Source of the DNA: Spirochaetales bacterium
GTDB taxonomy: Bacteria > Spirochaetota > Spirochaetia > DSM-27196 > SLST01
Reading direction: 5' to 3'
Assembly (NCBI GenBank): GCA_019038705.1
Contig: JAHOYX010000019.1
Coordinates: forward strand, 1-57,502
Length of the DNA stretch: 57,502 nt
Shown here: in pieces, positions 1-8,107 of the stretch
Layout: each line of letters starts with the position of its first letter
Position numbering within the stretch: position 1 is the stretch's first letter
Notes under the pieces: generated by a model
The model's database searches: none
Told to the model about the DNA's origin: nothing
What the model saw: the letters and a program-made list of their open reading frames with translations, nothing else
Translations under genes and position numbers: made by a program

Positions 1-768
1 ATAGGCCTCCAGCAGTTCGTCGGCACGATCACGGATTTCCGTCGTCGTCGCGCCCTCAATGAGCGTCTCAGCGTCCGGAATACGGATGACCGTGCGCGCG
101 GCCGCTCCAACGGCAAGTCGGAACCGGGTGACGTACGGCGGGGCGCCGTGCGAAGCGCTGTTCCCGTCCATCCCGGCCTCAGCGTACACGGATAGCTTGG
201 ACAACGCGTTGGAGCGCCTTGGCGCGACCTTGCGGTAGAAGACGAACGGGGCCGGCTGTCGGGGGATGATGACCTTTGTCATCAATTCATCCTCACCGAG
301 GAGTGTCTGTCCGGGCCCGGTGATGAACTCCATAATTGGCAGCGCTCTCTCAGTGGATGCGGTTGCCAGCACGACGGTGGCGCCTGCCGCGTAGAGGTAG
401 GGGAGCGTATCCCCCGCGGGTGAGGCGTTGCAGATATTCCCTCCGATTGTCCCCGCGTTTCGGACGGCCGGCGATGCGAACTCGGCAATTGCCGCGGTCA
501 GGCCGGGAGGCGCCGACGGATGGGCTGCAACATCGTTCAGTGTCACCGCTGCCCCGATGGTCAGGTCTGATGCCGTTTCGGTAACCGCACGCAATTCCGG
601 CAGACGTCCGATGAACATCGGCGGTGCGTCCAGCTGGATCGGAAGGGGCCCGCCTCGGCGGTGGCGCACCATGAGATCGGTTCCGCCCGCAACCGGGATT
701 GCTCGCTCCGTCGCGAGGATCTCCAGGGCGTCGGCGAGTGATGTTGGCGTGAACCCGTTACTGCCCAT
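1..768 (-). CDS. FAD-binding (CoxM/XdhB-type) subunit of a molybdenum hydroxylase; 3' end runs off the window (not in the supplied ORF track)
   Basis: My own translation of the minus strand from ATG 768..766 gives MGSNGFTPTSLADALEILATERAIPVAGGTDLMV...VRNAGTIGGNICNASPAGD. I checked all 256 codons down to position 1 and found no stop. GGTDL and TIGGN are FAD-binding PCMH-type motifs. The ATG overlaps the upstream 2Fe-2S gene stop by 11 nt. Confidence 0.8.
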   Translation of the reverse strand, partial: MGSNGFTPTSLADALEILATERAIPVAGGTDLMVRHRRGGPLPIQLDAPPMFIGRLPELRAVTETASDLTIGAAVTLNDVAAHPSAPPGLTAAIAEFASPAVRNAGTIGGNICNASPAGDTLPYLYAAGATVVLATASTERALPIMEFITGPGQTLLGEDELMTKVIIPRQPAPFVFYRKVAPRRSNALSKLSVYAEAGMDGNSASHGAPPYVTRFRLAVGAAARTVIRIPDAETLIEGATTTEIRDRADELLEAY

Positions 769-1225
769 TGAGCGTCTCGCTTGCCGCCTGCACCGCCTGC
801 ACGATCATGTTGTACCCGGTGCAGCGACACAGGTTACCCGACAACCCGCGCCTGATTTCGTCTTCCGACGGTTTCGAGTTCTCGCGAAGAAGCGCCTCGG
901 TAGCCATGACAAATCCGGGGGTGCAGAAGCCGCACTGAACGCCACCGCTGTCCGAGAATGCCTGCTCTATGACTGCATATCGATCTGTCTCGCAAAAGCC
1001 CTCAATGGTGAGGATCTCGCCGTCGGCGGCCGCGGCAACGGGAGTGACGCATGAATTCACGATTCGCCCGTTGAGGAGAACCGCGCATGCGCCGCATTCT
1101 CCCTCTCCACAGCCCTCCTTCACGCCGTGGAGTCCCAGGTCGATACGAAGCACATCCAGCAGGCGGGCCAGAGGTTCCGCTTCAACCACCACCGGGTTGC
1201 CGTTCACCGTAAACGAGATTCTCAT
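758..1225 (-). CDS. [2Fe-2S]-binding small subunit of molybdenum hydroxylase (CoxS/XdhC-type)
   Basis: The ORF track gives 758..1309. I prefer the ATG at 1225 (MRISFTVNG...), which forms an ATGA overlap with the upstream stop. Cysteine motifs [20 protein letters not shown] and CRCTGY are present. Confidence 0.9.
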   Translation of the reverse strand: MRISFTVNGNPVVVEAEPLARLLDVLRIDLGLHGVKEGCGEGECGACAVLLNGRIVNSCVTPVAAAADGEILTIEGFCETDRYAVIEQAFSDSGGVQCGFCTPGFVMATEALLRENSKPSEDEIRRGLSGNLCRCTGYNMIVQAVQAASETLNGQ

Positions 1226-3378
1226 TGCGCGCCCCCCTGGGTTCGCACAATCCGTTCGAGATACTCGGGCGTCAACGGGATTTGATGGATCTCCACCCCC
1301 AGAGCGCACTCCACCGCGTCGCCGAGTGCGGGGGGAGGGCCGGTGAGCGGGATCTCGCCAACTCCCTTTGCGCCGAAGGGGCCGCCGTGATAGGGATTGG
1401 AAACGAGGTTCACGTGTATCTCCGGGGTGTCAAGGGAGCCCGGGATGACATAGTCGGTCATGGTGCGCTGTTGGAAGGCACCATCTCGCACCTCGAGCAA
1501 CTCGGTTGTGCCGTAGCCGATCCCCTGGGCTATGCCCCCGTGGATCTGACCAATGACGATCCGCTCGTCGATCGCCGTCCCGATATCGAAGCTCGCCCAG
1601 ACGGTCAACGGGCGGATGGCATAAGTGAGCAGGTCCAGCTCGATCTCTATGATATTGACCCCCCAGCTGAATGCCGGGTACGCATCGCCGGTGAAGGTCG
1701 ATTGGTCCCACTCAATCTCGGCGGGTTGCTGGTAGTTTGCTTCCACCTCCACCGGTTGTCCGGGGCCGGGCGAGGTGGCATCCTTGAGTTTCAGTGCGGC
1801 CGTGTGCAGGAGGCCCCCGACCACCATTACGGTTCGCGATGCGACGGTGGGCCCGGAGTCCGGAACCTGATCCGTGTCCGGGTTCTGGAACACCACATTG
1901 CCAATAGGAACGCCGAGCGTCTCGGCCACGATCTTGCGAAGCGTCGTCTCCGCGCCCTGACCCATTTCTACGTTGGAACAGAGCACTTCGACCTTGCCGT
2001 CTGCGTGACCCCTCAGCTTGACCCGTGCTTTGATGATGTCACGCTCGCCGCTCCCGGTGAAGCCGCAGCCGTGATTGAACAGTGACACGCCGATGCCCCG
2101 CCGGGTGATGCCGGTGGCCCGCTCGTACTCGGGGCGTTTTCGGTTGTACTCCGACTGAGTGAGGACGGAGTCTATCATCTCCTCCATTTTCACCGGGTCT
2201 CGCAAGGTGCCGCCTGTTATCGTTCGGTCACCCTGGCGGACGAGGTGGCGGCGTTTGAATGAGAGGGGGTCTTCGCCATGTTTTCGGGCGAGGTGACACA
2301 TGTGCATCTCGGACGCAAAGAAGGCCTGAGGCGATCCGAATCCTCTAAAGGCGCCGTACGGAACGATATTGGTCCTGTAGGCCTGCCCTTGAACGGAGAT
2401 CTCGGGGATGCGATACACTCCCGAAGCGTTGAACATTGCGCGTTGGAGAACCGTGGAGGACAGTCCCTCAAAGGCACCTCCGTCTATGCGAATGTCCGCA
2501 CAGGTGCTTTGCGCAAGACCGGATCTCCCAACACTGGACGCCAGCGTGATTCGCGAAGGGTGGCGTTTGGTGGATATCTCGATGTCCTGTCCCCGGTCCA
2601 GAACGAGCTTCACTGGTTGCCCCGTCTTGTGAGCGGCCAGCGCCACGTATCCGGCGAGAACCGAAGGAAAGTCTTCCTTGCCGCCGAAAGCGCCACCGGT
2701 TGTGGCCTGCACAACCCGGATTCTGTCCGCATCCCAGCCCAGAACCGTAACGAGCGCTTTGTGAACGTAGTACGGGCATTGGATGGACCCGGTGACCGTA
2801 ATCCTGTGGCCTTCGCACCAGGCGGCCATTGCCTGAGGCTCCAGGTAGATGTGTTCCTGCGCTCCGGTGTCAAATGTCTCGGTGATCGTGAACGCAAGAT
2901 CCCCGGATGGTTGATCTGTTGGACCCGGCGCGCCCTCGAGGTGGTATTCCAGGTGGTAGTCCACGAAGCACTCCGGGTCCTCGACCGTTTCCGCGCCGTC
3001 AATACCGAACACCGGGGTGAGATCCTCGTACTCGACGGTCACGGCTGCGAGCAGTTCATCTATCACAGCCACGTCCGGCCCGGCGATGAGCAGGATCGGT
3101 TGGCCGACATACTCCACCATGTCCACCGGAAAGAGCGGCCAGCCGTCGTTGATCATGCGTACCGCGTTGGTGCCCGGTATGTCGCTATGGTCCACGGTGA
3201 CGTAGCCGTCCGGGAGCGCAGGTGTCTCAACTCGGAGAATTCTTGCCCGGGGTCGTGTCGAGAGGAGCAGTCGCGCGTGGAGTGCTCCCGCTATCCTCAT
3301 GTCGTCCAGGTAATTCGCCCTGCCGGCGCTCTTCTGTGGCGAGTCAGTGCGCGGGATGGATCGACTGATGGTACTCAT
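1222..3378 (-). CDS. Molybdopterin-binding large subunit, xanthine dehydrogenase/aldehyde oxidase family (XdhA-like, 718 aa)
   Basis: Has the GGAFGGKE and GPFGAKGVGE (catalytic Glu) motifs and an N-terminal hammerhead-like region. ATGA overlap with the upstream PLP gene. Confidence 0.9.
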   Translation of the reverse strand: MSTISRSIPRTDSPQKSAGRANYLDDMRIAGALHARLLLSTRPRARILRVETPALPDGYVTVDHSDIPGTNAVRMINDGWPLFPVDMVEYVGQPILLIAGPDVAVIDELLAAVTVEYEDLTPVFGIDGAETVEDPECFVDYHLEYHLEGAPGPTDQPSGDLAFTITETFDTGAQEHIYLEPQAMAAWCEGHRITVTGSIQCPYYVHKALVTVLGWDADRIRVVQATTGGAFGGKEDFPSVLAGYVALAAHKTGQPVKLVLDRGQDIEISTKRHPSRITLASSVGRSGLAQSTCADIRIDGGAFEGLSSTVLQRAMFNASGVYRIPEISVQGQAYRTNIVPYGAFRGFGSPQAFFASEMHMCHLARKHGEDPLSFKRRHLVRQGDRTITGGTLRDPVKMEEMIDSVLTQSEYNRKRPEYERATGITRRGIGVSLFNHGCGFTGSGERDIIKARVKLRGHADGKVEVLCSNVEMGQGAETTLRKIVAETLGVPIGNVVFQNPDTDQVPDSGPTVASRTVMVVGGLLHTAALKLKDATSPGPGQPVEVEANYQQPAEIEWDQSTFTGDAYPAFSWGVNIIEIELDLLTYAIRPLTVWASFDIGTAIDERIVIGQIHGGIAQGIGYGTTELLEVRDGAFQQRTMTDYVIPGSLDTPEIHVNLVSNPYHGGPFGAKGVGEIPLTGPPPALGDAVECALGVEIHQIPLTPEYLERIVRTQGGAQ

Positions 3379-4553
3379 CCAGGTATCCCCACCCGGTCGG
3401 TCGCCGCTTCAATGTCCTTCAGACCCGTGCCGGTGATCAGCAGCACGGTGACTGCGTCCCGCGGCAGTGTATCTGATACGCGCAGAAGTCCGGCCACCGA
3501 CGATGCCGCCGCCGGTTCGGCAAACAGTCCGCTCTGTGAGGAGAGCATCTGCTGGGCGTCCAGTATCTCGGCATCGGAGACCTCAACGCAGTGCCCCCCG
3601 TGCCGGGCGAGTTTCTTCACCGCACTGCGACCATTCGCCGGGACTCCCACCGAAATCGAATCAGCAATGGTGTTGCCCGGAACCGGATCGTCAAACTCAC
3701 CGCGCGCGAGCGCCCGGCAGATGGCATTACTCCCCTCGGCCTGCACGGCGTAGATCGTGGGCATGGTGTCGGCCAATCCGAGCCGGATGAGGTCCTCGAA
3801 CCCCTTGAAGACGCCACCGAGAATGACGCCGTCGCCTGTCGGGACGAATACTGCGTCGGGCATGCGGCCCAGCTGGGCGAACACTTCCAGCGCGACCGTC
3901 TTCTTGCCCTCAATGGTAAGTGGATTGAATCCCGTGTTCCTGCTCAGGCCCCCGTGCAGGGCGGTGTATTCCAGCGAGTCGCGGCAGGCGTCGTCATAGG
4001 TACCGTCAACCACGGTGACCTCGGCACCGTACTGGAGGGACTGCACCAGTTTCGCCCGCGGCACCGACTTCGGGACAAAGATCCTTACCGAGAGCCCCGC
4101 GGCCGCGCCTATCCCGGCCATGGAACTCGCGGCGTTGCCGGTGGAGGCAACGACCACGTCGCTGATCTCATGTTTGCGTGCGAACGCGGCGACCAGGAGA
4201 GACGCACGGTCCTTCAGCGAGCCGGTCGGGTTGGCCGTGTCGTCCTTCAGGTAAATGCCGGGTCGACCCAGGTGTTGGCGTAGTCTCGCCGGTTCCCACA
4301 GCGGTGTGTTGCCCACCGGGACTACGGGAAAGTACCGAGGCTCCACCGGAAGCAATTCCGCGTAGGGCAGGGAAGGTGCTTCCGCGCCGGGGGGCGGCCA
4401 CGGGCCCCGTAGTTCACCGCGGAGACCTACTTCGAGGACGCCGCGAAGCGGTTGGTCCGGCTCGTGCCGCTGTGAGCAGTCCGGACAGAGCATGAGATCC
4501 GGTGTGATGGCAAACTGTCTATCGCACTCGCTGCAGCGATAGAAGAACTCCAC
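3375..4553 (-). CDS. PLP-dependent fold-type II enzyme, threonine-synthase-like, with N-terminal Cys4 zinc ribbon
   Basis: NPTGSLKDRAS matches the ThrC-type PLP-lysine motif. The N-terminus YRCSECDRQF...LCPDCS is a zinc ribbon. GTG start shares 1 nt with the upstream stop. Confidence 0.8.
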   Translation of the reverse strand: MEFFYRCSECDRQFAITPDLMLCPDCSQRHEPDQPLRGVLEVGLRGELRGPWPPPGAEAPSLPYAELLPVEPRYFPVVPVGNTPLWEPARLRQHLGRPGIYLKDDTANPTGSLKDRASLLVAAFARKHEISDVVVASTGNAASSMAGIGAAAGLSVRIFVPKSVPRAKLVQSLQYGAEVTVVDGTYDDACRDSLEYTALHGGLSRNTGFNPLTIEGKKTVALEVFAQLGRMPDAVFVPTGDGVILGGVFKGFEDLIRLGLADTMPTIYAVQAEGSNAICRALARGEFDDPVPGNTIADSISVGVPANGRSAVKKLARHGGHCVEVSDAEILDAQQMLSSQSGLFAEPAAASSVAGLLRVSDTLPRDAVTVLLITGTGLKDIEAATDRVGIPG

Positions 4554-5563
4554 TACGGGCGACCTCCCATGAGAAGCGAGAGAAGGCTCTTGGATGTGTG
4601 AAGCCGATTCTCCGCCTCGTCGTAGATGATCGAGTGCTCACTGTCCAGCAGTTCATCGGTAATCTCGTTGCCGCGGTCTGCGGGGAGCGCATGCATGATC
4701 TTTGCCCCCTTGTTAGCAGCCGCGAAACGTTCGGTTGTGCAGATCCAATCCTTGTGCTTCTCGAGGTTCTCCTTCATGACTCGGGCGTGATCCTCGTCAT
4801 CCACAAAATCGTCGAAGTGCGCAAAACCACCCCAGTTCTTGGGTATCACGATATCCGCGCCGGCGATCGCGTCGTCCATGGAATCCACCACGGAGACCGA
4901 CCCGCCGCCTGCGTCGGCCAGTTTCCGGGCGCGAGCGAGCATGGAGTCCTGCAGGGGGAACTCCGGCGGATTGGCCACAACCACGTCCAGGCCAAACCGG
5001 GGGAAGAGGAGAGCCTGCGTGACCGGTACCGAGAGGGGCTTCGCGTGCGTCGTTGCGTAGGCCCAACTTACCGCTACCTTGAGCCCTTTGAGGTCTGCGC
5101 CGAAGTGCTCCTGTATGGTCATCAGGTCTGCGAGGCCCTGGAGCGGATGGTAGAGATCGTCCTGCATCGAGATCACCGGCACCTCCGCATGCTCCGCGAT
5201 CTCCTCGAGGTAGGCGTTTCCGAGGTCGTAGAAGCAGTTGCGAATTGAGATTGCGTCACCCATCCGTGAAAGGACCTTGGCGGTGTCCTTCGGCGATTCT
5301 CCGTGGGTGATCTGCATCTTGTCCGGGGTGAGATCGTGGGCATGGCCGCCAAGCTGGGTCATGCCCCCTTCAAGGGAGTTTCGCGTTCGGGTTGACTGCT
5401 CGAAAAAGAGCATGAAGAGCGTCTTGTGTTTGAGGAGATCCTCGTATTGGCCCAACGCGTAGCGACGTTTCATGTCAAACGCGACCTCCAGCACGGTCCG
5501 GATCTCGCCGACCGACCAGTCGGCCAGGGTTATGAGGTCTCGGCCTCGAAGCAGGGTGTTCAC
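4553..5563 (-). CDS. ygeW: Carbamoyltransferase of the ATC/OTC superfamily, YgeW-like (336 aa)
   Basis: Has STRTRNS (carbamoyl-phosphate site), YHPLQGLAD (HPxQ) and HALPADRG. It lacks the OTC-type SMG loop. It sits next to the YgeY-like gene. The symbol is assigned by context and is not certain. Confidence 0.75.
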   Translation of the reverse strand: MNTLLRGRDLITLADWSVGEIRTVLEVAFDMKRRYALGQYEDLLKHKTLFMLFFEQSTRTRNSLEGGMTQLGGHAHDLTPDKMQITHGESPKDTAKVLSRMGDAISIRNCFYDLGNAYLEEIAEHAEVPVISMQDDLYHPLQGLADLMTIQEHFGADLKGLKVAVSWAYATTHAKPLSVPVTQALLFPRFGLDVVVANPPEFPLQDSMLARARKLADAGGGSVSVVDSMDDAIAGADIVIPKNWGGFAHFDDFVDDEDHARVMKENLEKHKDWICTTERFAAANKGAKIMHALPADRGNEITDELLDSEHSIIYDEAENRLHTSKSLLSLLMGGRP

Positions 5564-6792
5564 AGTTGTTCCTCCAGGATGTAGGGGAGCAGGGCGTAGA
5601 ACGCCGCTGCTTTCTCAAGATGGTCAATGGGTGTTCGTTCGTTCGGGGCGTGGGCGTAGATCTCGTTGCCGGGCCCAAACCCGATTGTCGGGATGCCATG
5701 CTTTCCACAAATAGCGACGCCATTCGTGGAGAAGGTCCATTTGTCGATTTTCGGCTCTTCTTTGAAGAGTGAAGTGCAGGTGGCGGCCCCCGCCTTCACC
5801 AGCGGATGGTCCTCCTCGATCTTCCACGTGGGGAAATAGGACTCCTGCGGGTAGGAGGTGCCGGTGTACCCTGCCTTGTCGTACATCGTGAGGGACACAG
5901 CCGGTTTCCCGGCGTTGCCGCCCGGTGGCGACGGCAAGCCCGATACGATTTCCCTGACCTCCCCGAGGGCCACTTCCTTTGTCTCACCCCAGGTGAGTCT
6001 CCGGTCAATGTGGAGGTCCGCCCCGTCGGCCACCGCGCACAGCGAGGGAGCGGAAGACCTGAATCGAGACACGACGACAGAGCCCTTGCCGAGGAAGGGA
6101 TCCGGTGCGAGGCGATCGTTGAGGGCTTCAATGCCCAGGGCGGCACGGGAACAGTGATAGATGGCATTGTCTCCACGCTCCGGGGCCGAGCCGTGGGCCG
6201 AGAGGCCGCTGAATGCAACATCAATCTCCATCCGTCCGCGGTGTCCCCGGTAGAGGCCCAGGTTGGTCGGTTCGGTGATGACGGCGAACTCCGGAATGAG
6301 TTTCTCCTGTTCTATCAGGTAGTTCCAGCACAGGCCGTCGCAATCCTCCTCCATGACCGTAAAGGTGAAGTAGACGCTCCACTCGCCGTCGTATCCGGCC
6401 TCCGTGAGAATACGCCCGGCCGTGATCATCGATGCCGCGCCGCCTTCCTGATCCACCGAACCGCGTCCGTAGACGTGACCGTCCTGGATCAGTCCGGAGA
6501 ACGGGTCGTGGTCCCACTGTGAGAGATCGCCGGTGTCAACCGTGTCAATGTGCGCATCTATGGCGAGCACTCGCGGGCCGTGACCGACTCGGGCGATGAG
6601 ATTGCCCAGACCGTCCACCCGGACTTCGTCGAATCCGGCACTTCGTGCCATCTCCTCGATTGCACCAATGACCGGACCCTCCTCGCCACTCAGGCTGGGA
6701 ATGCGGATCATCTGTGCGAGGTTGTCCGCGGTGTAGTCGCGCAGGCCACTTGCCGCATTGAGTATCGTGTCGTCGGAAATCAAATCGATCAT
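5560..6792 (-). CDS. ygeY: M20-family metallopeptidase/amidohydrolase, YgeY-like
   Basis: Has IDAHIDTVD, VDQEGG and MEEDCDG metal-ligand motifs. The ORF track start is 6882; I prefer ATG 6792 (MIDLISDD...), which is preceded by GGAGG and does not overlap the upstream gene. Confidence 0.8.
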   Translation of the reverse strand: MIDLISDDTILNAASGLRDYTADNLAQMIRIPSLSGEEGPVIGAIEEMARSAGFDEVRVDGLGNLIARVGHGPRVLAIDAHIDTVDTGDLSQWDHDPFSGLIQDGHVYGRGSVDQEGGAASMITAGRILTEAGYDGEWSVYFTFTVMEEDCDGLCWNYLIEQEKLIPEFAVITEPTNLGLYRGHRGRMEIDVAFSGLSAHGSAPERGDNAIYHCSRAALGIEALNDRLAPDPFLGKGSVVVSRFRSSAPSLCAVADGADLHIDRRLTWGETKEVALGEVREIVSGLPSPPGGNAGKPAVSLTMYDKAGYTGTSYPQESYFPTWKIEEDHPLVKAGAATCTSLFKEEPKIDKWTFSTNGVAICGKHGIPTIGFGPGNEIYAHAPNERTPIDHLEKAAAFYALLPYILEEQL

Positions 6793-6811
6793 ACCTCCAG
6801 ACTGCGAAAGT

Positions 6812-8107
6812 TCACCCGTCGAACCTCTCGTGCAGGCGGTGCGCCACCTTGGACGCGTGGGCCTGAAATCGATCCTCGTCAAGGAACGTCAGTCTCCCGT
6901 CCTCGTAGAGCACCCTGCCGTCCACAATGGTCATGAATGCAACCCCGCGTTTCATCCCGTAGATCAAATGCGGGAGCACGTTGGAATCGTCAACCGGTGT
7001 GATTGGAATATAGTCCAAAACGGCAATATCGGCGCGGGAGCCGACCGCAAAATCTCCCGTGGCGGGGAAGTAATGCTTCTGGATCTCCCTCCGGTAGGAG
7101 AACAGCGCCTCCTGCAACGGAGCAAGATCGGCCCCCTGTGCCTGGAGAGAGAGGAACTGGAACCGAAGGGTCTCAATGACGTCCCCGGTCATCCCGTCGG
7201 TTCCGAGGGCGTACTTGCGAACCATTGACGGGTCCATGCTGCCCACCCCGTTGTTCCAGTTCGATTGAGGCGCCGTGACCACAATCGGTTGCACTTCTCT
7301 GAGGATCGCAGCGTCGCGTTTGGAGAGATGCAGGGCGTGAATGAGCAGGGCGTTGGAGTCCACCAGTCCGTACCGGTGCAATCTATCAACGGGCCCTTCG
7401 TAACCCTCTCGTTCACACAGGGCGAGGTCCTCATGGGCCTCACCCACGTGCACGTGGATGGGCATATCAATGGGGCGCGCGGCCGCGATTTCGGAGAGAG
7501 ACTCGCCACTCAAGGTGAGATTGGCGTGGAGTCCCATGGTGCCTCGAACGAAGCTGTCGGTGCGGTGAGACTCGTAGAACTCGACATTCTCCTCAATGTG
7601 GTCGGCAACCGCCTCACGTCCGGTTCGCTCCGACGTCTCGAAGCAGAGTGTCCCGCGAATGCCCGCCTCGCGAAATGCGCGCTCCACGATGTCCAGGCTT
7701 CCGGCAACCAGCCCCATGGAAGCGTGGTGGTCAAAGATAGTGGTGACCCCGGCCTTGATGTGCTCAATAACACCGGCCATCGCCGAGAAGTAGATGCTCT
7801 CCTCATCGTGCACGGCGTCCAGGCGCCACCAGAGGTTCGCAAGGATCTCTCCGAAAGTGTCCATTGGACCCGCAGGTTGAAGCCCGGCCGCGAGAGCCGA
7901 GTACAGATGCGTGTGCGCATCCAGCAGGCCGGGGAGGATGAGCCGGCCGGACACGTCCACGAACGGCGCGTCATGGTGTGTCCGTATCGGGTCTGTCGGC
8001 CCGAGGGCCGCAATCTCGCCGTCGTCGATGAGGATTGCCCCGTCTTTGAGGAAGGTTGTGCCGTCGTAGAGTGTGCCGCCGCCGACAATGTATCGATTTG
8101 GTCTCAT
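6812..8107 (-). CDS. SsnA-like amidohydrolase (chlorohydrolase/deaminase superfamily), paralog 1
   Basis: Has the PGLLDAHTHLYSAL HxH motif. The shared blocks NLWWRLD and DHHAS...GSL link it to the 13190..14524 paralog. 431 aa. Confidence 0.8.
   Translation of the reverse strand: MRPNRYIVGGGTLYDGTTFLKDGAILIDDGEIAALGPTDPIRTHHDAPFVDVSGRLILPGLLDAHTHLYSALAAGLQPAGPMDTFGEILANLWWRLDAVHDEESIYFSAMAGVIEHIKAGVTTIFDHHASMGLVAGSLDIVERAFREAGIRGTLCFETSERTGREAVADHIEENVEFYESHRTDSFVRGTMGLHANLTLSGESLSEIAAARPIDMPIHVHVGEAHEDLALCEREGYEGPVDRLHRYGLVDSNALLIHALHLSKRDAAILREVQPIVVTAPQSNWNNGVGSMDPSMVRKYALGTDGMTGDVIETLRFQFLSLQAQGADLAPLQEALFSYRREIQKHYFPATGDFAVGSRADIAVLDYIPITPVDDSNVLPHLIYGMKRGVAFMTIVDGRVLYEDGRLTFLDEDRFQAHASKVAHRLHERFDG

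Noticed and set aside
2278-3753. 491-aa plus-strand ORF, with similar ones at 15808..17040, 13535..14203 and 7265..8359, lying antisense to the purine-cluster genes
   Set aside because: These ORFs are Arg/Gly/Pro/Val-rich with no recognisable motifs. Each is fully covered by opposite-strand genes that carry strong family motifs. Long antisense ORFs are expected in high-GC DNA.
5560-6882. Long N-terminal extensions offered by the ORF track (YgeY-like from 6882, 2Fe-2S from 1309, atpB from 27395, rsgA from 18594, murI from 17417, Zn-ribbon ORF from 17227, PPIase from 47199)
   Set aside because: The extensions overlap upstream genes, lack homology-like sequence and lack RBSs. Internal starts give family-typical N-termini, good RBSs or stop/start coupling.
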